A DNA stretch of 64,000 nt from the human T2T-CHM13v2.0 reference genome, Homo sapiens: assembly GCF_009914755.1 (NCBI RefSeq), contig NC_060931.1. The stretch is one strand, 5' to 3'. This document shows, one piece after another, positions 45,085-63,018 of this stretch (positions within the stretch are counted from its first letter, which is position 1; each line of letters starts with the position of its first letter). The translations under genes and the position numbers were made by a program. The notes under the pieces are model-generated. The model saw nothing but the letters and a program-made list of their open reading frames with translations. It was not told the origin of the DNA and searched no databases.

Positions 45085-46684
45085 CTTGTTCTCTTTTCTT
45101 CACAGTTTAGTGGGAGGGTCAAATAATAAATGCAAATACTATTTACACACTGTAAAACACAAAGTGCCTGTTAGCTATTATTATAGGATCCCTCTGGAAT
45201 CTGAATATACTCCTTGTGTTTCCTTTACTGTTTCAATGAGCACTTTTCTTCAGCCAAATTATTTGTATTTAGTGTATGAGACTTTGCAAAATAACTACTA
45301 AGGTGGCATAGTCATGAACAGTAGGTTAGCAATAATTAATAATCACTACCTTCCAGTTATAGTCTATTTGCAATCAACAAAAACTTAAAATACCTACTCA
45401 ATCATCACCCAGAAAAAAAAATGGAGCATAAAAAGCTCAAGTGCTTGCTACCTAATTTAGGTGTTAAACTAGTTAACAATAGTAGTGTAATTTGAACATT
45501 TATTGTAAGTCAGGCACTTAAGCATGTTACATGTATTAACTCACTCAACTCTTAAAAGAATCCTACTTGATAGCTATTATTTTTAGCCTCATTTTTACAG
45601 CCAAGAACATTGAGGCACAGAGTTTTTGGTAATGTGCTCAAGCTCAAAAAGTGAGTCAGAATCAAATCTCAGGTACTCTGCCTCTAGAACACTGGAGCTT
45701 ACCTACTAGGTTACACTGCCACTCTATTGAACGTAATGGTTACCCGTTGCCACACCCTACACACTGTGGAGAGAGGTACACTGACATTGAAAATACATTC
45801 ACTAAATAAGACTGTTGTTGAGGTATTTAAGGTGTAACTCAGTGATCTTAAGTTTATCTTTTATTTTCCAAGCCCTTCTGACAAGATCCTGTTTGGTTTT
45901 GCAAGTATTCATTTTTTCTATTTGGTTTATGTCTCCCAAGACATTTAAGTAAAGTGAAATCACTTCAAAGTGGCAGAATAGAAGGAAACCCTAGAAACAG
46001 TCTTTCAGTTTCAGCCTAATTTCCACTTTAAAACTTTAAAAATTAAAAGTGATGCTTGAGATTCGTGAAATGTAACACACGAAGATCTGGTAATAAAAAA
46101 AATGTTTTTTCTTTAAAAAAATAAAAAGTACATATATTTGCCTTTAAAAGAATTTGGCTGTTTTAAAGTAAAAAAAATACATATAAATGCTGATTTCTCG
46201 AATTCTCAAATATTTCTTAAGCATAGAGAGGGAGAGAAGTCTTTTAAAAAAACAAAACAAAACAAAACAAAACAGGAAAACACCTTTTCCTTGGTAAGTT
46301 GGAAGAAACTGATTCTGTGGTTAGAAGAAACAACACAAAATGATCTTCCTTCTCAATCCACTGAATGTAATGAAATACATTTTAAAATTCTTGTACAAAC
46401 TGGACTTCTCATCCTTTTGCAGTGGGAAAAGTTGCTCTGCCCTTGTTTTGAATCTGATCGGGAGAAAGGACAGAGTGTGCCTATCTGGACTGCTCACGTG
46501 GAGTGCCTGTGTTCCTTCAGTGTCTTCTTTGAACTTTCAGAACTTGGCTCCAGTAACTTCAAACAAAGCATTACATATTGTTTATAGTAATTTATGGACA
46601 AGGAAATCTGGTTTCACTTGATGTTTCTTTAAGAGGAGAAGCAGTTTACTTTGCCTATTTTTCTTTATGGTATTATTTATATAT

Positions 46685-46815
46685 TTTTAAAAAAACAAGA
46701 GATGGGGGTCTTGCTGTGTTGCCCAGACTGGTCTTGAACTCCCGGGCTCAAGTGATCCTCTCACCTTGGCCTCTCAAATTGCTGGGATTTCAGGCATGAG
46801 CCACCGGGTCTGGCC
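46685..46815 (-). mobile_element. FLAM
   Basis: Left monomer; flanks ttactttgcYtatttt. Confidence 0.75.
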
Positions 46816-46940
46816 TTACTTTGCTTATTTTTAGACTTTCACTACTTTGCTAACTTTTACTTTCCTGTGAGTTTCTACTGGTCTGTGTCCCTGCTTGTCT
46901 TGTTTGTGAGTTCTTCCACAAGGAGAAGCCTTCTGATATT

Positions 46941-46991
46941 AAGAACTGCATTCACTGTGGGGAGGCGAAAAAAAAAAAAAAAAGAACTGCA
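46941..46991 (+). mobile_element. Micro-retroinsertion: 17 nt + poly(A) with 10-bp TSD
   Basis: tt|AAGAACTGCA ttcactgtggggaggcg A-tract AAGAACTGCA. Confidence 0.7.
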
Positions 46992-47181
46992 CACCCTGCC
47001 TTTCTTTGTAGCACCTTCCTAGAAGGAAAGCAGTGAGCCTTCCTTAGGGATGCAGGGTGCAGGGAGGATTCTGATGAGGGTTACCTGCAGGCTGAACTGC
47101 AGTTCGGATTGTACCTCTCCTGTCACTACTGCTAACTCTCTGCTTAGTGCATGGTGATGCCATCATCGAAGACACACTTAC

Positions 47182-47264
47182 CCAGGATTCATGTCCCCAA
47201 CCACAGCCACTTTAAACCTGTTTTTAAAGTCACAGCCGTAGGATACACCTGCTGCAATCACGGT
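47182..47264 (-). CDS. SLC26A3: SLC26A3 exon 8
   Basis: cag|[28 protein letters not shown]|gtaagt. Confidence 0.96.
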
Positions 47265-47684
47265 CTGCAAAGTTGCAAATGGCCCAAGTTAGAAATGTGA
47301 GATGCAAGTAAGAGTCTTGCTTTGAAGAAAAATAAATTGCCAAAACCCACTTCTGTACCTGTTAAGTAAGAACTCCAGCCCAGGCTTTGTTACTTTTTAA
47401 GAAATTCGGAGGCAATTCTAACATGCCGCCAGGATTGAGAACCACAGCTAAATTCAAATGGCTCTAACACGACATTTTGTCAAGGGTCTTGCTCTCTGCA
47501 CTATCCTTGTCTCACGTGGAAAAAATTAACTCAAAATCATAAGAGGAAGTTATTAAATTCTGAATGAAAATAAAACCATGCTAAACATTATGCCCGAAAA
47601 CTGCAGAGATGGCCTCTGCCCCACTAAAACTTCCTGAGCTACAAATGGTGAAGGACTTACAACATATAAACAGTAGAGTAGCTA

Positions 47685-47864
<180 letters not shown>

Positions 47865-48571
47865 CTACAATTATAAAAACAAAAACCACCAAAGCCCTAT
47901 ATTAATGCACAATTTGGATACAACGCATCTCCAAACAAATAAAAATAAACATGGAAGCAAAAAGACTGATAGAGACTGATAGTGATTTCCTGTATTGCCC
48001 CGGTTTAATTGTGAATGTGAAATTGTAGAGAGTAGCGATGGAGATATGAGAAGAGTAAGTTAGCATAGTGTAGGTGGCACACTAGTTTAAGAATGCTTCT
48101 GGCATTTTTGCTGGGAATCTCTTTGGCTAGTGTCAAATTTTGTTGGATACTTTTCACATTTTTACCACTGGTCTTCTGCCCTTATTAGGTCTCTTTGGTC
48201 GTCATTTTTTATTTCACAGCCATCACTACTCTGTCCAGGGAATAACTTCTGATCTTTGATAGTTTTGCTTAGTATGCTCAATTCCTGGCCCTCTTGGGGG
48301 GTTTACACCCCCTCATATTTCTTAGCTGACTCTCTATGTCACTTTTGGAAAATAGTTTTCTGGCTAACTGTGCACTATGCATGTGCACATACTTCTTGAA
48401 GCTAGTTGGGTTCCATATCCACTTACCCCAAAAAGCTCAAGCAGGCCAAAACTGGATCCCAAATTGCTTCTAGAACACTCCAGTTTTGGAATACCTCTGG
48501 ATGAAAGAGAGTGTTGGTTCCAATTTGGAGCAAGTTCTGTCTCAACTCCCAAAAACTTTTGGGAGTCGTTA

Positions 48572-49063
48572 AAAATCAAACACATCTACCATCGAGCTAA
48601 TGTTAACAACAAAAATTAAGTAACACTTCTCCTATATTTGACTCAAGTATTTTCAAAAAAATAATCTATGTTATTAAAAGCTTTATCATTTTGTCCCAAG
48701 TTTTAAAACTAAGAACACTATCTGTTCTACTTTGCATCCTCTGGAGGAGGGGAGAACTGCTGCCCTATCTACATAGTGGTAAATGTTCTTTTGTTTTCTA
48801 AACAGGATGCAAAAAGACCCAAGAACTTCAATTCTAAAAGAATGAGACATGCTTTTCAAGAAACAGGAAAACATCATAACTCAATTAGCAAATTTCTTTC
48901 AAAATAAGATTTTAAGAAACAGTTTAAAACTTGGGACAAAATGGTAAAGCTTTTAAAACATAGACTTTTTTTTTCCTTTTGGAAAGTACTTGAGTCAAAT
49001 CTAAGAGAAGTGTTACTTAATTTTGTTGTTAACATTAGCTGTATGGTAGATGTGGTTGATTTT
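48572..49063. repeat. Long inverted repeat (~140-bp arms, ~210-bp spacer)
   Basis: 48572-48709 is the reverse complement of 48921-49063, roughly 85-90% identical by eye. Confidence 0.9.
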
Positions 49064-49084
49064 CAGTATTGTTCCCTTGCTACT

Positions 49085-49743
<659 letters not shown>

Positions 49744-49860
49744 CTTTCTTTTTTAATATGAAAAAATTTTACAAACTGTAGGTAAACCCCATGGCAAAGG
49801 CATTAAAGGAAAGCTCTCTAAAAACACAGTAGTGAGTTTCATGTATTTCAGTATTTTTTA

Positions 49861-50067
<207 letters not shown>

Positions 50068-51066
50068 TCAGCATAGATTAGGAGTATACCTCAGCAAACT
50101 CAAGGATCCGCAACTGAAATAATATTACACAAAACGTAAAGGCTCAACCTGTATGTACATGCCTTGAAGAAGCAAATGTCCCTGCCTCCTGGGACGCCTC
50201 CCACCCAGGGCTCCTCTCTCTCCTTCCCTTCCACCGCATCATCCAGGTGGAACGTCACATGGTATTCACATAGGATATAAGTCTAGTTTGCCCCCAAGAA
50301 GTAACAGGCTTATTTGCACTTAATTTATTTTTAAGTGTGCTGTCTTTGGAAGACTCATAGGCCTTTTCTAGTAGAATCTTACCTAGCATCAGCCCTCATA
50401 AATTTGCTGATGTAATTTTAAGTTATACTTTCTAGCTGCTGGAGCACGCATGAGCGAGTGTCTATCCTATTTCCTCAAAGTTGCTCAACTTGCTTAAGAA
50501 ATACATAACTGCATATTGGACATCAGAAGTGCTTGGTTCTAGCTGGGGGAAAAGGATGGTTAATTCCCCCCTAAAGCATCATTGTTTTGCAATCGAGTGA
50601 ATCGGATGGATTCTCCTTCCCTTGGATACTTGGCCTGTCTTTCTGCTCACATCTCCAGAACGCAGCCAGAGCTGTGGCTGCCCAAAGCCCAGTTGGGTTC
50701 CATTTCTATACTAAGTTCAGAAATGTATTAGAAATAACTAACCAAATTGTCAATAAGACGCATGCTTATGTCCTTGTAGAAACTGACTTTTCCTTTCTTT
50801 AAGAAATGGTCTTAACCAATAATATCATTATCCATAAACTTAGGCAACATCTCAAAAAGTCCATGACATTTTCAGTATTCAGCAGGAGTGTCAGCATACG
50901 GCTTGGAAGTGAGACTTTAGGCTCCACCATAATCCTCGTCAGTTTTCCCCAAAATTGACATGAACAGTTCAAAGCCCCCATCCCTTCCAACTAGATTATA
51001 GTTGCTGAAGAATTAAAGAAAAAAATTCCAAAGCCACCAGTATGACGATTTCTTGTATACAGTTAT

Positions 51067-51127
51067 GTTTCTTGACTCTATCAATTCCCAGATATGCTGT
51101 TTCTTGACTCTATCAATTCCCAGATAT
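51067..51127. repeat. ~31-bp tandem duplication
   Basis: gtttcttgactctatcaattcccagatat x2. Confidence 0.85.
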
Positions 51128-51353
51128 ATGTTGAAGCATTTCGCTTGTCACTGTGCCTCTCCATTCCCCTTCTTCCTTCTGTCTAGACCCACATTCATTC
51201 GTTTTTGTACTGTTGACCCACTCCTCTCCCTCTGGTTGTGGTGAGTGACCCTTCGTACAGTATTTCCTATGGGCCATGAGGGAGAGACAAACCAAAGGGA
51301 AGATGGGGAGGAGTGGCAGGGGGGAGGAAAAATAGAGAGATGTGTAACAGTCA

Positions 51354-51590
<237 letters not shown>

Positions 51591-51680
51591 TTAACAGTGG
51601 GTGAATCGTGGTCAGTATATGCCTCTCTAAAGCACATTGTCTTTCAACCACAGAATAAGACCATATAAAATGACTGGCAA

Positions 51681-52058
<378 letters not shown>

Positions 52059-52180
52059 TCACAGGAGACCATGACTCTTCTCCTGGATTATGTGAAATTT
52101 GGAATTGATAGAAGGTATGGCTAATAAAATTCATAAGGAAAAAACAATGTGAGCATTAATCAGCTCAGTAACTGACTTAC

Positions 52181-52291
52181 CCACGGATATGTGTCTGGAA
52201 GTGCCGAAGAAAAGGTAGATTATGGCTGGGAAAAAGGATGCATACAACCCATAGACTGGGGGAATGTCGACCAGCAGAGCAAATGCTAAAC
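52181..52291 (-). CDS. SLC26A3: SLC26A3 exon 4
   Basis: cag|[36 protein letters not shown]|gtaagt (SLC26 signature). Confidence 0.96.
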
Positions 52292-52379
52292 CTGTAAACA
52301 CACAAGCAGCAGAGCCCTTACTCTGTGCAAGAGGAATCAAAGACATTCTCATTTGGTTCTTATGGTATTTAGAATTGGA

Positions 52380-54255
<1,876 letters not shown>

Positions 54256-54728
54256 TCAGTCAATTAATATCAAATTTTAAGTTTAGTACCTGTCGGTGGG
54301 AAATTGGTAAAGATGGTAATATGCTAAAGATTAAACTAGTAATTTCACTCCCAGTAACATTCTTTACCCATAATCAGCTGCCCTCTGGTCACCAACAAAG
54401 GATTTTTTAAAATGCTTGCTTTTCTTTAACCATAATAGACCTATTTGTCATCCTCAGCTCAAATCATGCAATATTTCAAATGAGAATTTTCCTCTGTCCC
54501 CATCTGTTAGTTGTCTGATTTGGAAAGACCGTGTTGATAAGCCGAGATGGGGTTCATTTTAGACACTACCTTTCCAACTCTGTCAGGGAGTAGGAGGTTT
54601 GGAAACTAAAGAGGAAAGGACTGTAGGCTGTGGACTAGAGCCAGAAAGGAGAGTTGGAAAGTTAGAAAATTTAGGGGAAAGTGCTTCAAAAATGTATTCC
54701 TAATGCCAATACCTTAAAAAATATCTTA

Positions 54729-54938
<210 letters not shown>

Positions 54939-56445
54939 TTAAAAATGCCTGAAACCAAACAGAGCTTGCTTCTTAAATAACTCAGAGATAATGTGATGCA
55001 ATTTACAGATGAGTGAGCTCCGAACTGAATGTTACCACCTTTTAAGATCAAAAAAGGCAGGATTAAGGGACCTAGATTGTGTTTTGCGACAGCGATGTTT
55101 TATTCCAGTGAGCTGGACGTGGCTCTTTTAGGTAAGTAAACAAGAGCTTTATTTTTTAATTTGCCAAAAAGTAACAAAATTGACTCAGTTTATGAATCAA
55201 TTAGTCAATTTTTTACTTACAAGGCAAGATATTCTCATCAACTTTTTTTCCCAGAAATATTTCCAAAGTTAAGGCATTTAAGTGTTGGGACAGGTTAGAT
55301 TTAAAGTTTTTTTATTGCCCCAACTCCAGTCCAGACTGTTCCAATTTACCCAACAGAATTTTAAAATTTGTTTTTTTTACCTTGTAAAATTAAAAAATTG
55401 TGAAATTCAAAGGTATTGCCTATTTCAGTTATTTCCTTATTGTTTCTGGGAGTTAGAGTTTTACAATTTATAGTTAAGGAAACTATGAAACAAACTAAAT
55501 ATTATTTGTTTACTTCATTTGTGAGTAATAAGGTCTTTTTAAAGGAATGATCCTGGGCAAGTTCCTTAACCTCTCTGAGCCTTGCCTGTATAATGGGGAT
55601 AAAGATATTCAAGTTTCAGGTGATTGTGAAGATTAAATAAGGTTTCCAAAGCATCTGGTTTACATCCAACACACTATAGGCATTTACTAAATGGTAGTTA
55701 TTATTTTGATTATTAGCATTTTTTACACAAAATGTTTAAGTTTTTAATTCTTATCTCAATCCTGTTTCTATTATGCTTAAAAGATCAATTTGACAAAATG
55801 TTTAAATGCACATTACCAAGTTAGCCTTCACAATTCTTTGAGGCAGTTACCCTTATTATTTTATTATTATTATTTTATTCTTACAAATGATAAAATAATC
55901 ACACACACTCCAAACCCACACTAAATTGGAAATACTTTTTCTTGGGACATACAGCTTGTTAACATGGCAGAAATGGTACCTGCATTTTCAGACTTCTTTG
56001 CTCTCTTTTCTATGTCATGCAGCTTCTCTATTGTTCAATATAAACATAATCGAAGAACATTCCAACTAACTGCTAGCATTTTTTCCCTCTAATCTTGTTC
56101 TGTATTACTACTCATAATGCCCAAGTTTTGTTCCTCAGCTTCAATCACAGTGATTAATTGAATTATCTCACACTAGATAGTATCTTGTTACACCGTGCCC
56201 TCATATACCTTATGGGATTTTCAGCATGTTTGCAGAGCTCAAGTTATAACCAGGAATCAGATGCTGGCCTCTACTGCTGGCCCCACTTGACCTCTCTTTG
56301 ATCACTCATTTTTCTCTCCCATCCCATTTTCTAGTTTCCTCTAAAGTCCTCTGTACTCACTTTTGACCACAATATACTGCTTCTGCCCCACATCTCTGGC
56401 TTGATCTCCAGAATTTGAGATCCTTTGAGCTCAGTTATGACTCCC

Positions 56446-56478
<33 letters not shown>

Positions 56479-56730
56479 GAGACAGGATCTCACTGTCGCT
56501 TGGGGTAGAGTGCAGTGGTGCAATCATAGCTCACTATGGCCTCTTAACTCCTAGGCTCAAGCGGTCCTCCTGTCTCCTGAGTAGCTGGGACTACAGGTGT
56601 GGCCCACCATGCCCTGCTAATTTTTAAAATATTTCAGTAGAGGCAGGGATCTTTCATATGTTGCCCAGGCTGGCCTCAAACTCCTAGGCTTAAGCAATCC
56701 TTCAACCTCAGCCTCCCAAGTTGCTGATAG
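56446..56730 (-). mobile_element. AluJ with (ATT)n tail
   Basis: Diverged, internally deleted dimer. Confidence 0.8.
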
Positions 56731-57540
56731 GTGCACCACCAGGGCCTCGGTTATGACATTTAGATCCTCCTTTGCTATTCTTTCTGGGCCTCTCCTCCCC
56801 TGCCACTCCCAAGTGCTTGTTTTCTCTTTTGTTTCCATTCCCTCTTCCATCTCTCCACCCACACTTCAGGGGTCAAATCCCACTAACTAGACAGTACTTC
56901 CCATTGTCAGAAGAACTTGCTCACAAAGTGGAGGTGACTTGTGCATTGCTGTGCAGAGCATGGATTTTTGTCTTTTTTTGGCTGATTACCAACAACATGG
57001 TTGGGGCAATAATAATTAAGATCTAATCCATGGTCAATCACTTCTGACATCTTGGATTTCTCACAAAGGGTATCTGGAATATCTTATAAGAACAGCTTTA
57101 ATCCTTTGAAGGAACCAACCTAGCCAACCTTAGGATGAAGAAGACTTCAGCACTGTGCATTTGTACTTCTGTCAGATGCTGCTATGGCCAGGAAAAAAAA
57201 AAAAGATTCTGCTCTTTGCTTGCTTTACTCATGCTTTCCTCAAGGAGTTCACAGAAATTTATTAGTTGTCTTCCCCAAAAAAGATCTTGAAGGTACTTTT
57301 ATTCTTCTGGCTGTTGTATTTTTTTTATTTTAATTTTTTTTGCCGATGACAGTGATGGGAGAAATATAACTTCATTTCTAATCAGTTTCCTTCTCTGAGG
57401 ATGGCTATGGCTGTCTCTTTAGTGGGCTTTCTTATACCTCCAGCTGGATCAAGAGCCTGAACTCTGGCTGTCCTGCCAGTAAAAGCCTCCTCCTCATACC
57501 CAAGCACTGCCTGCAAGGGCCCTGCTCAGGGTAGGAATCA

Positions 57541-58158
<618 letters not shown>

Positions 58159-59724
58159 TCTTTAATTAGGAATTAAAAAGAGATTGTTTAAACTCTTTTT
58201 TCACCTGAACAAGTTACATTTTTGCCAGAAATTCTTGGAAAACACTTTTTTCTGGTTCCTGGAATCACAATTCCAATTTCAAATATTACGCCCATATTAA
58301 TGTAAAAGCCTTTTCATGTTCTATCTTCATGGATCTCTGAGTTCCTTAGGGTGTCAGTGGATTTGGGGATTGAAATTCATTCACAGAGTCCCTTCCTCTT
58401 ACTAATTATAGAATCCCAAGCCTTGTTTGTATATATTTCCACTTTTATTTGCTTCCCTACGACGTGCTTTTTATTATTTTTTTGGCCTTTATGATATATA
58501 TATTACATACATAGACACACACATGAAGACATTCATATACCTACATATCTTGGTGCTGTGGCTTAGTCATACACGTTGTTGTTCTCTGCTTTTTTTTTTT
58601 CTTTTTGAGCAGAAATTTAATCCTGGGATTAATTTCTGAAGTTCAGTTTCTCAGTTTAACTATTCCCATGTATTAATAACTTTTTGATATTTCTAGGGAT
58701 TGTCATGTACATACCTCCCCACCACTTCAAGTTCCACCCATTTCCAACCTGCAGACTGGCCTCCAGTTACGAGAACCTCCACTCTGCCTGCCCCGCTCTG
58801 CTGAGAAGTGTCTTTTGGCCCTGACCTTTCCACTCAGTGTTTATCTATTCTGTGTTTTAGTCTTTCAGAGGTCTGCCCTTTTTGCTGGGAAACAACTAAT
58901 TTGAACCAAGATGCTGATGAGCGGTGCTAGGATTTGTCTTTAATTAGCGGTCATTTGAAACCAGCAGACAAGCAAGGGTGCAGAACACTTCCCAGCCCCT
59001 CCGCAGTCACATTAGATGCCTCCACTCTTGGACAAGGCAGCTCCTAGCAGCATCACCCCTTCATAGCTGTTCAAGCTGAGGAAGGCCTTCGATAGAGACA
59101 TCACTGAAAATGCCACACTGTGCCTGAAATCTGCTGAAAACACAACTCACCTCATGGATCTCAAAATATCTCTGAGCCAGTCAGTGCAAAACCAGAGGTA
59201 AGCCAGCCCTATTTCATGAATTAGTCCTTGGACAATGGGAAATACAGCAGCGTCCTGATAACTATACTTGGGGGAGTGGGTGAGAGATGGGGGAACAAGC
59301 AGAATAATTGCTCCAGTGAGCACCTTCAGAGGGATCTCCATCGGCAGCCAGAGGAATCAGAAATCAAGCTCACAAAAAGCTCCACATTCTGGTTAGCGTG
59401 AGGCTGGATAGAAGCAGGGAGATGATGGCATCAGAATGGGAGAGGGCTGGAGTGGTGAATGGAGGGGAGGGGTCTCAGCACTGAGGTTGATTAAGAGAGC
59501 TCAGAAGGGGTCAAAGGCTGAGGTGGGCAATAATTGTTACTACTATTTTTCATCAATTCTATTACTACATTGCCCAAGATGCTGAAGAAGGAAGTCAAAC
59601 CTAAATTAATCGGGAGGTACAACAGAAAAGAGTGAGACTTTGGCAATTAAGCACACCAGGTTTCAAATCCTTGCCTTGCCATATCTTAACTATGTTTGCT
59701 ATAAGCCAGTGATTCAAGCCATCA

Positions 59725-60036
59725 ATTTTCTTTTCTTTTCTTTTCTTTTTTTGAGACAGAGTCTTGCTCTGTCGCCCAGGGTGGAGGCTGGAGTGCAGTG
59801 GCGCGATTTCATTTCACTGCAAACTCCACCTTCTGGGTTCAAGTGATTCTCTTGCTTCAGCCTCCCGAGTAGCTGGGACTACAGGCACCCGTTACCATGC
59901 CCAGCTAAGTTTTTATATTTTTAGTAGAGATGGAGTTTCGCCATGTTGGCCAGGCTGGTCTCGAACTCCTGGCCTCAAGTGGTCTGCCTGCCTTGGCCTC
60001 CCAAAATGCTGGGATTACAGGCGTGAGCACCCGGCC
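59725..60036 (-). mobile_element. AluS
   Basis: Full-length with a small internal duplication. Confidence 0.85.
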
Positions 60037-60563
60037 CAAGGCTTCAATTTCCTTAAAGCAAAAGGAGGAGACCATTATTTTCCTTCTAGGGCTGTTCTTA
60101 AAACTGAAAGCAGGGTATACAAAGGGAGACTTCTTAGCCTTAAGTTCATAGGTAGCAGTCTCAGAAGTGAGTTAAATATTGACTGTTGGTGGAATTTACA
60201 ACTGGTCCACAAAAGTCAGCTGGAACCTGTTGGAAAATGTTAGTGCTGCCAACTTTTCTATGACTTTATGTTTACTCTGAGCTTATCTTTAGAAGTAGCA
60301 GTTTTCCATTTTTATCCCAGTTTGTTTTAACATAGTTTTAAAATAATCTAGCTATCCGAGCTTCCTAGAATGACATACAAGGTCCTTCATGTTTTGGCTC
60401 TGGTCTATCTCACAAGCTTCTTCACTCCTCCTTCACAATTGCAGCAGGTTCCTAACACGCTATGATATTTAACAGTTCCGTATCTCTGTACACATGATTT
60501 CCTTTGTGTTCTTCTTCTCCAATACCTGGTAGATTCCAATTCATTCTTAAAAATACTCAGCAC

Positions 60564-60703
60564 AGCTGGGTGCAGTGGCTCATGCCTGTAATTTTGGCAC
60601 GTTGGGAGACTGAAGTGGGGAGATTGCTTGAGGCCAGGAGTTCAAGACCAGCCTGGCCAATATAAAGAAACCCTGTCTCTAAAACAAACAAACAAACAAA
60701 ACA
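60564..60703 (+). mobile_element. FLAM
   Basis: Left monomer with (CAAA)n tail. Confidence 0.75.
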
Positions 60704-62114
60704 CAACTCAGCTGACCATTGATTCATTTCTTCATTCCTTCAACAAACATGTATCAGCCTATTATTTGTCAGGAACTCAGTTCCTAACACAGTTGTAGAA
60801 GATAAGAAAATGATGTAAAGCCTTCATGGAATCCCTAGATAGAGTTGATCATTTCCTTCTTGTAAGTACCTTGTATATATGTCTATTCCATGTCATACAT
60901 TATTTGTTTATGTTTCTGTTCCCTTTAAGACTGAGTTTCCCAAGGGCAAGGCCCAAATCTTAACCATTTTTCCCTCTTTTGTTAGGTCCTATGACATAGT
61001 AAGTATACAAGAAAGTTTGTTGAAATAAACTGAACTATGAGCAAAAGATATATAAATGACGTAGACCTAAACTCCAAAGTTTACATACACAGGAGAAGTG
61101 CCCAAAATAATTGGTGCAGATAATAAATTGGAAGAAGGGATGTAAATGTGGGTTGGAGTTAGGAAGGTTTTGTGAAGGAACTGTGAGTCTTGTGTTAGAC
61201 TTTAAAGAACAGATAGGTTTGGCAGGGGTGATGACAAAGCAGTGGGCAATAAGCAAATCATGTGAAAGGTTATTGAGAGTTCCAAACACTGAAACAGAAG
61301 GCTTTGTTGGCCCATAGGCTAAACCATTAGAGAAATGTTGGGATGCACCATAGCAAGGGATTTCACACCCAGTAGGCTCACAGCAGGCAAAAGAGAATCC
61401 CTGGCCATTTCTGTAAGGCTTTGAGATTTTCTGAGCACTTTCACTTTTCTTCCTTGAGTATTACTGTGGATGGAGGCAGACAAGATAGGCTGTATTGTCG
61501 CTAATTTACAGATGAAGAAATGGAGATGAGAGAAGATAAATGACTTTCTCAACTTCCCAGAGCCAGGATGAGAAGCCACATCTAGTGAATAACTGACTCT
61601 CTCCACTACGTCTTCTTCTCTGCTACATATTCAATGTCAGGGGTCTCAGCCCCTACCCCCAAGAGAGACAAGGTAAAAGAACAAGGTGAGGCACCATCAG
61701 GGTCCTTGCTTTTGAGCATGAAAGCCTCACACTCCTACACTCAATATCCACAACACAAAACATGAGCCTGGTGGCCTGGGGACAAATCTCCTTGAGGTGA
61801 CTTGCTTTATTCTTCCCCTTGCTTCTCAACAAAGTGACACAGAGGCTAGAGGAGCCTCTTCTCTTCTCTTTGGAGAATCAAAGACCTTTATTGTAGAGAA
61901 GCACCAGACTGTGTTATTACATATTTATTCTTGTAATTGAAAAATATTCATTCTCATTTTCTGAACGATTTTGTTTCTTAGTCGAATATGAGCTGTTTAG
62001 GAGGTATTAAACATTTGTTCATTTCTTTATATACTTACTTATTCCCTTATCCAGAGGGAGAAGGCAAAGTATGTATTGTGTTACCCCATTTTTCTTGTTT
62101 CTGAAATCAAATTA

Positions 62115-62471
<357 letters not shown>

Positions 62472-62890
62472 TTATGCAGTCAAATTTCATGACACAGTTT
62501 TTCCAAATGACTAACTTACTTCAGAAAAGAGAATTATTTAGTCCAATAATTTGATAAATTGTTCCTCACTTGCATATATAAAGAAAGTTGTATAATCTTT
62601 TCCTGACATTTTAAAGAATAAAATAGATTTTATCTTGATAGAGTTAGTAATGTATGGGATAAGTACCCATACATTACTAATGTATTATATTATATTATAC
62701 TACTTGTGGCATAGGGCATTCTGCTACTTTCCAGTGACCATTTTCTCCCCATCTCTCTTCTCTTTCCAGTCTCTATCCTTCTTACTCTCATTGCCTTTTC
62801 TTCTCTCCGTGTTTCCCTTAGTCTTGGACTTTCTAGGATGTCTAGCAGATAAATCTCTCACTTCTAGACCATATGTCCCCTACCCCCTCC

Positions 62891-63018
62891 CTTTTTTTTT
62901 AAGAGACAAGGTCTTGCCATGTTGCCTAGGCTGACCTCAAACTCTTGGGCTAAGCTATCCTCCTGCTTTAGCCTCTTGAGTAGCTAGGACTATAGATACA
63001 TATCCCTATGCCTGGCTG
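62891..63018 (-). mobile_element. Alu monomer (FLAM-like)
   Basis: T-tract gagacaaggtcttgccatgttgcctaggctg... Confidence 0.7.

Noticed and set aside
46138-46587. 149-aa + strand ORF
   Set aside because: TTG start, includes (AAAAC)n low complexity, no recognisable homology; intronic antisense
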